DNA from: a virus
Taxonomy: Duplodnaviria; Caudoviricetes
Virus record (IMG/VR): IMGVR_UViG_3300011337_000203
Coordinates: 1 to 30,755 of that record
Direction: 5' to 3' (one strand)
DNA length: 30,755 nt
Every line of letters begins with the position of its first letter. The stretch's first letter is position 1. The notes under the pieces were generated by a model that searched no databases, was not told the DNA's origin, and saw only the letters and a program-made list of their open reading frames with translations. Position numbers and translations under genes: made by a program. Shown here piece after piece: positions 26,000 through 30,755 of the stretch.

Positions 26000-26248
26000 T
26001 TATCTAAATGCTACAATATCAGTTGCAGTTGAACCGCTATCTACTGATACGAATAAACCAGGAACAAAACCTGATACATTCTTTAATGTGATTTGTGAAC
26101 CATCTGCTGTTGTTGCAGTTAAGTTACCAAATGTTCCTACATACAATCCTTGTGCTATAAAGCCAAATGAACCTGTATTTTGATTTACTCCACCACTAAA
26201 TTGTGGGTTGGTAACAAAGTTTTTGCCGTTTGCAATTTTATTCGCCAT
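26000..26248 (-). CDS. Head spike base protein, RcGTA Rcc01079-like
   Basis: GLYVGT.GNL....DG......NV.GF.P....V....TATDIVA pattern; 82 aa. Confidence 0.7.
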   Translation of the reverse strand: MANKIANGKNFVTNPQFSGGVNQNTGSFGFIAQGLYVGTFGNLTATTADGSQITLKNVSGFVPGLFVSVDSGSTATDIVAFR

Positions 26249-26265
26249 AATTATTTATTTTATTA

Positions 26266-26293
26266 TTTAACAATTATTAAATTCTTTTTACTT
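26266..26293 (-). promoter_or_regulatory. Candidate late promoter (AAGTAA-N14-TTGTTAAA)
   Basis: The proximal box is exact and the distal box is degenerate. Confidence 0.45.
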
Positions 26294-26620
26294 AACAATA
26301 TATAATTTACCTTCAAATCTACATTTAGATACAGTTTGTAAGGTTAATGTTCTCCATTGTTTTCTTCCACTATCTGATGTTAAGGTAGTTTGTATATTAA
26401 ACATTCCTTCTGCTTGCTTCGTATCACTTGCTTCATTACCCACATACGCTCCACTATCCCACCACATCCAATAGTAATCCGTATTACCTTCTAATGTTTC
26501 CCACTCAACTCTTATTTTATTATTTCTACTACTACTCTCTAATAGGTCTTGAAATTTAGATAATGAAATTTCTTGTGGTGCGAATTGAATTAACTTTTTA
26601 TGAATATTATTTTGATTCAT
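26288..26620 (-). CDS. Hypothetical protein, possible SH3-like/WYL-like beta barrel
   Basis: IRVEW.T.EG...WRTL.L.TV....F.GK.Y pattern. Confidence 0.5.
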   Translation of the reverse strand: MNQNNIHKKLIQFAPQEISLSKFQDLLESSSRNNKIRVEWETLEGNTDYYWMWWDSGAYVGNEASDTKQAEGMFNIQTTLTSDSGRKQWRTLTLQTVSKCRFEGKLYIVK

Positions 26621-27629
26621 CTTTTTTCTTTTTAGCTACTTCGCCAGGGTATGATGATGTAATAGATGGTTGTCCTTCCATATCAATTTGCTTCAATTTA
26701 TTCTCTGCCCATACCAATGCCGTTTCACCACCCCATCCTTTATATGCAATATACGCACACGATTCTCTATTTGATTTATTCTGTTCGTATACATCTTTTG
26801 CTCTACTAAGATATGATACCATTCTTGCAATTGTTTCTCTACTTAAAGCTCTACCTGCTTCTAAATCTGCACTTCTTCTTTTTCCAACCAATGTCATACA
26901 TTTACCACCTACTTTCTCATTTTGCTCTCTTGCAATTCTTGCTGCATCACGTACTGATTGTGGATAATCTGCGTATGCCTCCATTTCAATTCTTTGACCT
27001 TTTCCGTATCTTTTATCTTTCTTAATCATTGCTTTGATTTTAGAAAGAACTATCTCTGCTTCATCATCGTTTAATTCATCAATTGATTTATCTAATGATA
27101 ATTTTAAATCAGATTTTTTATGTTCTACTAATGCTTCTACTGAAAATCCTTTGAATGTTCCGTTCTTTACTTTTGCCCATACATTAGGATTACCACTTAC
27201 ATCATATATACCGAACCATGTTCCTTTTGGTAATGTATATCCGTATATATTAGATTTATCCTTTGAACTCATTTCAATTATCCAACTTTCAACTAAATGA
27301 ATATTAGATACTTTTTTATCATGCTCAACGGTAACTTCATCATTATACTTTTTCTTTAAAAACTTTCTTGCTAATTTCTCAACAGTTTCAGATTTAAAAA
27401 ATACATAATAAGGATTACCCTCTCCATCCATTCTCAAAATCTTTTTATTTGGAATTAGGATAGGGCCGGCTACTAACATACGTTCATCATCAATAGATGC
27501 AAACTTTACTTCTTTTGACATGAATACGAAATCTCTTTCTATTGCTGGACTTTCTACAAATGATACTGCCATCACCTCATCAGTTGCATCATCCTCAATC
27601 ATAAGTTCGTATAATAATTCTTTTTCCAT
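26607..27629 (-). CDS. XkdF-like prohead serine protease with extra C-terminal domain
   Basis: AVSFVESPAIE, GPILIPNK.I.R, LVESWI, LPKGTW and VKNGTFKGFSVE motifs. The ATG at 27629 is preferred because the track's TTG start coincides with the TTGTTAAA box. Confidence 0.85.
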   Translation of the reverse strand: MEKELLYELMIEDDATDEVMAVSFVESPAIERDFVFMSKEVKFASIDDERMLVAGPILIPNKKILRMDGEGNPYYVFFKSETVEKLARKFLKKKYNDEVTVEHDKKVSNIHLVESWIIEMSSKDKSNIYGYTLPKGTWFGIYDVSGNPNVWAKVKNGTFKGFSVEALVEHKKSDLKLSLDKSIDELNDDEAEIVLSKIKAMIKKDKRYGKGQRIEMEAYADYPQSVRDAARIAREQNEKVGGKCMTLVGKRRSADLEAGRALSRETIARMVSYLSRAKDVYEQNKSNRESCAYIAYKGWGGETALVWAENKLKQIDMEGQPSITSSYPGEVAKKKKDESK

Positions 27630-27656
27630 ATTACTCTTTAACAATTAATAAATTAT

Positions 27657-29552
27657 TTATCCACCCGTAAATGTTGCTGCTCTATTCGTTCTGCGGTCTA
27701 ATGCCTGTGCAGAACTAACATCACCACTCACCACATATGCTTTAAGGGGTTTTTGTGCTCCTGCTATTGTTTCACCAATTTGTTGTGTTGGATTCATTCC
27801 ACCACCCGTCTGTATTTGTGGAGCTGATGCACTACTTACTTTTGGTAATGAAGGTGCTGCAGTATTAGCCGAACCTCCTCCACCACCACTTACTCCGGCT
27901 GCCGATGCTGCTGAATTTATTTGTTGTATTGATTTAACTGCTCCCGCAATTGTTGATGCAATACTTAAACCTGCTGATATAGTATTGATTAAGACCCATG
28001 GTGCTCCGAAAGTTAATGGAGATGCCGCTACTGCTTTTGCATTTGCGATACCTGTTTGTGCTACAATCTGTCCGATTGCTGCTGCCTGTGATATAACAAC
28101 ACCAGCTATTGCTAATGCTTTATTCTTGCCTGCAACTTGTCCTAACACATTACCGAACTGCTCAAACAATTGAAGGTAAGCCATATTAATATCTTGCTTA
28201 GCCTGTGCTGCTGCTTTTTCAGTTGCAATTTCCTGGTCTGTAATTCCTTTTCTAGCATCTGCATATTTCTTACGAATCTCTGTTTTTTGAAATTCTGTAA
28301 GTTCTGTATTTTGTAATTCAGTTAGTTCTTGCTCAGCTAATATATCTCTTTGTTGTTTTAACCTTTCTAAATCCTGTTGAAAATCAAAATCTAATTTAGC
28401 ATTCTCTCTATCTAAATCTTCAAACTTAGATTGTAAACCACTTAGTAGTATACCTCTTTCATCTGCTTGCTTCTTTAATAAATCTTCTTTATCTTTTTTA
28501 TCTTTCTCTTCTTTCTTTTTAGCTTCCTCATCATCATACTTCTTCTTTATTTCTGCTAATGAAATACGATATTGTTCTTCAATAGCAGTCATATCAGTTC
28601 TACCTGCTGCTGCTAATATCTTTCTTTGTTCTGCTAATTTTAATCCTGCTTCATATTCTGCTTTCTCTCTTTCTGTAAGTGTAGCTTTGAATGCTTCTAA
28701 TTCAACACCATCTGCTGCTTCTGCTTTCTTTAAATTATCTTGTCTTAATTTCTCTGCATCTGCCGCTGCTTTTTCATCTGCTGCTTTCTTTTTAGCTGCT
28801 GCATCTTTTGCATTCTTAGCTCTTTCTTCTGCGTTTTCCTTTTCAGTTTTAGTTTGGTCTTTTGTACCAGCTTGGAAACGTTGGTATGTTTCATCAAATG
28901 TTTTAGAAACACTTGTGAATGCATCTTTGATACCTGCTGCACCTTCTTTAAGTGCATCAAAATCTAATGTGAATATACCTTTAAGTATTTTACCCGCTGA
29001 TACACCTACATTCTTTACTAATGTGAATAGTGAGTATAAGCCAGAATAGAACATACCAATACCTTTTGTGATATATGGTAATGCAGATGTAGCCATTTCA
29101 ATAAATGCATCTAATACAGGTTCAAATGCTCTGAATATACCACCCAATATTTTCTCTAATCCAATTAATAAAGGTTGCAGTTTCTTCATTGCACCTTCTT
29201 GCTGAGAGAATGCTGCAACTAATCCACCAATAGCAGCAACTACTAAACCAATACCAGTCGCCTTTAATGCTGCACCGAATGATTGTGTGGCAACTTTTAC
29301 TTTATTCAATGCACCACCTAACATACCAATAGGACCACCTGCTGATTCTAATGAATCAATCCAATCTGCTGCTGCTCCTTTTGCTGATTTAAGTTTATCT
29401 TCTAAATCATCAATCTCTCCTACCAATCTTTTAAAATCGGCAGAACCTGCGGCAGTTTCCTTTAATTGCTTTTTAAGTTCCTTTAATCCAGCAATAGATT
29501 GTTCTACATTGGTTTCAACATCTACTTGGACTTTAATTTTCTTATCTGCCAT
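27657..29552 (-). CDS. Tape measure protein
   Basis: Ala/Gly-rich ALKATGIGL segment, long charged coiled coil and C-terminal KAYVVSGDV motif. Confidence 0.88.
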   Translation of the reverse strand: MADKKIKVQVDVETNVEQSIAGLKELKKQLKETAAGSADFKRLVGEIDDLEDKLKSAKGAAADWIDSLESAGGPIGMLGGALNKVKVATQSFGAALKATGIGLVVAAIGGLVAAFSQQEGAMKKLQPLLIGLEKILGGIFRAFEPVLDAFIEMATSALPYITKGIGMFYSGLYSLFTLVKNVGVSAGKILKGIFTLDFDALKEGAAGIKDAFTSVSKTFDETYQRFQAGTKDQTKTEKENAEERAKNAKDAAAKKKAADEKAAADAEKLRQDNLKKAEAADGVELEAFKATLTEREKAEYEAGLKLAEQRKILAAAGRTDMTAIEEQYRISLAEIKKKYDDEEAKKKEEKDKKDKEDLLKKQADERGILLSGLQSKFEDLDRENAKLDFDFQQDLERLKQQRDILAEQELTELQNTELTEFQKTEIRKKYADARKGITDQEIATEKAAAQAKQDINMAYLQLFEQFGNVLGQVAGKNKALAIAGVVISQAAAIGQIVAQTGIANAKAVAASPLTFGAPWVLINTISAGLSIASTIAGAVKSIQQINSAASAAGVSGGGGGSANTAAPSLPKVSSASAPQIQTGGGMNPTQQIGETIAGAQKPLKAYVVSGDVSSAQALDRRTNRAATFTGG

Positions 29553-29683
29553 AATCTTTTTATTTTGTTAAGACCTTGCTTCCAAGTTCTTGCTATTTCA
29601 TATTTTCCTTTTGCTATCTCTACTCTTTCTGAAACACCATAATGTTCTGTAATGGTGAGTAATTCAATAATTCCTATTATCAT
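29522..29683 (-). CDS. Variant copy of the 53-aa protein at 298-459
   Basis: Frame intact, with three amino acid changes (S>T, V>A, I>L). Confidence 0.7.
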   Translation of the reverse strand: MIIGIIELLTITEHYGVSERVEIAKGKYEIARTWKQGLNKIKRLWQIRKLKSK

Positions 29684-29703
29684 AATTTAACATTTAATTT
29701 TTA

Positions 29704-30225
29704 TTATCTACTCAACGTATCAGGTATTATTGGACCTAATAATTGTAAAGTACATTCACCCGTCTTTAATGAATAATCATTTATTGCTCTTAGATGATAA
29801 TAATTTCCTCTAAAATTTACAATATCATTTAATTCCATATTGAAATAATCTGCCAATGGAATGATTGCACTACAATTTAATAATCTTGTTTTTGGATTAT
29901 ATAATAATTGAATATATGTTTCCCAATATCTTGTATATAAGTTTTGGGTTGGTATTTGTCCATATGCTGCATTTTCATTATTGAATAGTAATGATAAACT
30001 ATCTGTGGTAGGAAAACTGCCACTTACTACATTGTAGTTATCAAAATATGGAAATGCGTTTTGTTCATATGTTACACCACCAACAGCTACTGACCCACTT
30101 TCAATGTAATAACGTTGACAATCAATCAACCCATTATAAAAAAATAAACGAGGTAATACTCTAGCTGGTGTATACGTTGCTGAATTTATGTAAGTTGGTA
30201 TGTATATTGGTATATTTTGACTCAT
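29704..30225 (-). CDS. Variant copy of the 173-aa tail protein
   Basis: Same length as 480-1001 with clustered substitutions. Confidence 0.85.
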   Translation of the reverse strand: MSQNIPIYIPTYINSATYTPARVLPRLFFYNGLIDCQRYYIESGSVAVGGVTYEQNAFPYFDNYNVVSGSFPTTDSLSLLFNNENAAYGQIPTQNLYTRYWETYIQLLYNPKTRLLNCSAIIPLADYFNMELNDIVNFRGNYYHLRAINDYSLKTGECTLQLLGPIIPDTLSR

Positions 30226-30237
30226 AATATTTTTATT

Positions 30238-30755
30238 TTAGCAGAATAATCCACTTCCGTATCCTATTTCTCCTGTTGTTCTATCAATTTCATAAATTTC
30301 ATTACCACCACCAAATGTGAAATAATAAAATCCAGTTATAGGTGATTGTGCATATCTATCATAGTATGCAATTTGTCCTGGTGTAATTTGACCATCTATT
30401 GTAAACATATCATATGCAATTGGTGATGTACATACATAACTAGCATTAGATGATGGTGTGAAGGTAAAATTACCAGCATAGAATGTTGAAGGTGTAGGAT
30501 TAATTCCACCAACACTGCCACTCAATCCTGTTCCGTCTATTCTAATTAATGGAGAACTTGCAAATGTAGTTTTAACTTCATATGTTCCTTGTGAATAAAA
30601 ATTAGTAGTATCTGTATAATATTGTTTACCATATTCTCTATTTGCACCTTTTGCAAATTGTTGACTGATATAATCCTGGTCTAATTTTTCACCAAAATTT
30701 AATTTATTTACTGCTAATTTATTTGCTTGAATTCCTTCTATCTTCTCATCTAAAT
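30238..30755 (-). CDS. Variant copy of the hub protein C-terminus (5'-truncated by window edge)
   Basis: The frame is open to the edge and matches the end of 1016-3022. Confidence 0.85.
   Translation of the reverse strand, partial: LDEKIEGIQANKLAVNKLNFGEKLDQDYISQQFAKGANREYGKQYYTDTTNFYSQGTYEVKTTFASSPLIRIDGTGLSGSVGGINPTPSTFYAGNFTFTPSSNASYVCTSPIAYDMFTIDGQITPGQIAYYDRYAQSPITGFYYFTFGGGNEIYEIDRTTGEIGYGSGLFC

Larger units (their letters stand above)
1..29224 (-). mobile_element. Complete or near-complete tailed bacteriophage genome, probably infecting Bacteroidota
   Basis: Terminase, portal, capsid, protease, tail tube and tape measure are all present and co-oriented. The sequence at 29225 restarts the sequence at position 1. 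No host housekeeping genes are seen. Confidence 0.93.
29225..30755 (+). repeat. Imperfect terminal direct repeat, copy B (matches 1-1533)
   Basis: Collinear with the window start at offset 29224. Confidence 0.97.

Noticed and set aside
63-29571. All plus-strand ORFs in the track (e.g. 63-347, 4476-4829, 12707-13462, 26563-26967, 28687-29049, 29287-29571)
   Set aside because: They are antisense shadows of well-supported minus-strand genes, with S/F/L-biased composition and no motifs.
30680-30755. Cluster of amino acid changes at the end of copy B (VIPANN>GIQANK, DT>EK)
   Set aside because: It lies at the extreme contig end, where low-coverage read errors are likely, so it is not trusted as biological.
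1-30755. CRISPR array, tRNA genes, introns, inteins, IS elements, prophage att sites
   Set aside because: I saw no spaced direct repeats, cloverleafs, interrupted core genes, transposase or integrase by eye. Dedicated scans were not run.

Overview
An apparently complete, AT-rich tailed phage genome (siphovirus-like) of about 29,224 bp, with every credible gene on the minus strand. The host is probably Bacteroidota, judging from TTTG-N20-TAnnTTT promoters and A-rich leaders without Shine-Dalgarno sequences. Positions 29225-30755 are a diverged second copy of 1-1533, most likely a circular genome with a sister-strain branch appended by the assembler. The early module holds an SF2 helicase with C-terminal repeats, a DUF1376-like replication protein, a NUMOD4-HNH nuclease and a sigma-like factor. 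The late module holds terminases, portal, scaffold, capsid, XkdF-like protease, tail genes and at least three fibre/spike systems. I found no recognisable integrase, DNA polymerase, endolysin, tRNA, CRISPR array or reverse transcriptase. The most interesting signals are: (1) a candidate ~100-nt small RNA whose loop is complementary to the start-codon regions of three early genes; (2) two poly-T slippery sites, one extending the tail chaperone and one truncating the tail terminator just before a possible fibre-anchor extension; (3) a promoter-driven non-coding hairpin between the tail-tube and head-closure genes; (4) pervasive (S/T)GS motifs confined largely to virion-surface proteins; (5) no visible endolysin. 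All family assignments come from motif recognition by eye, not database searches.
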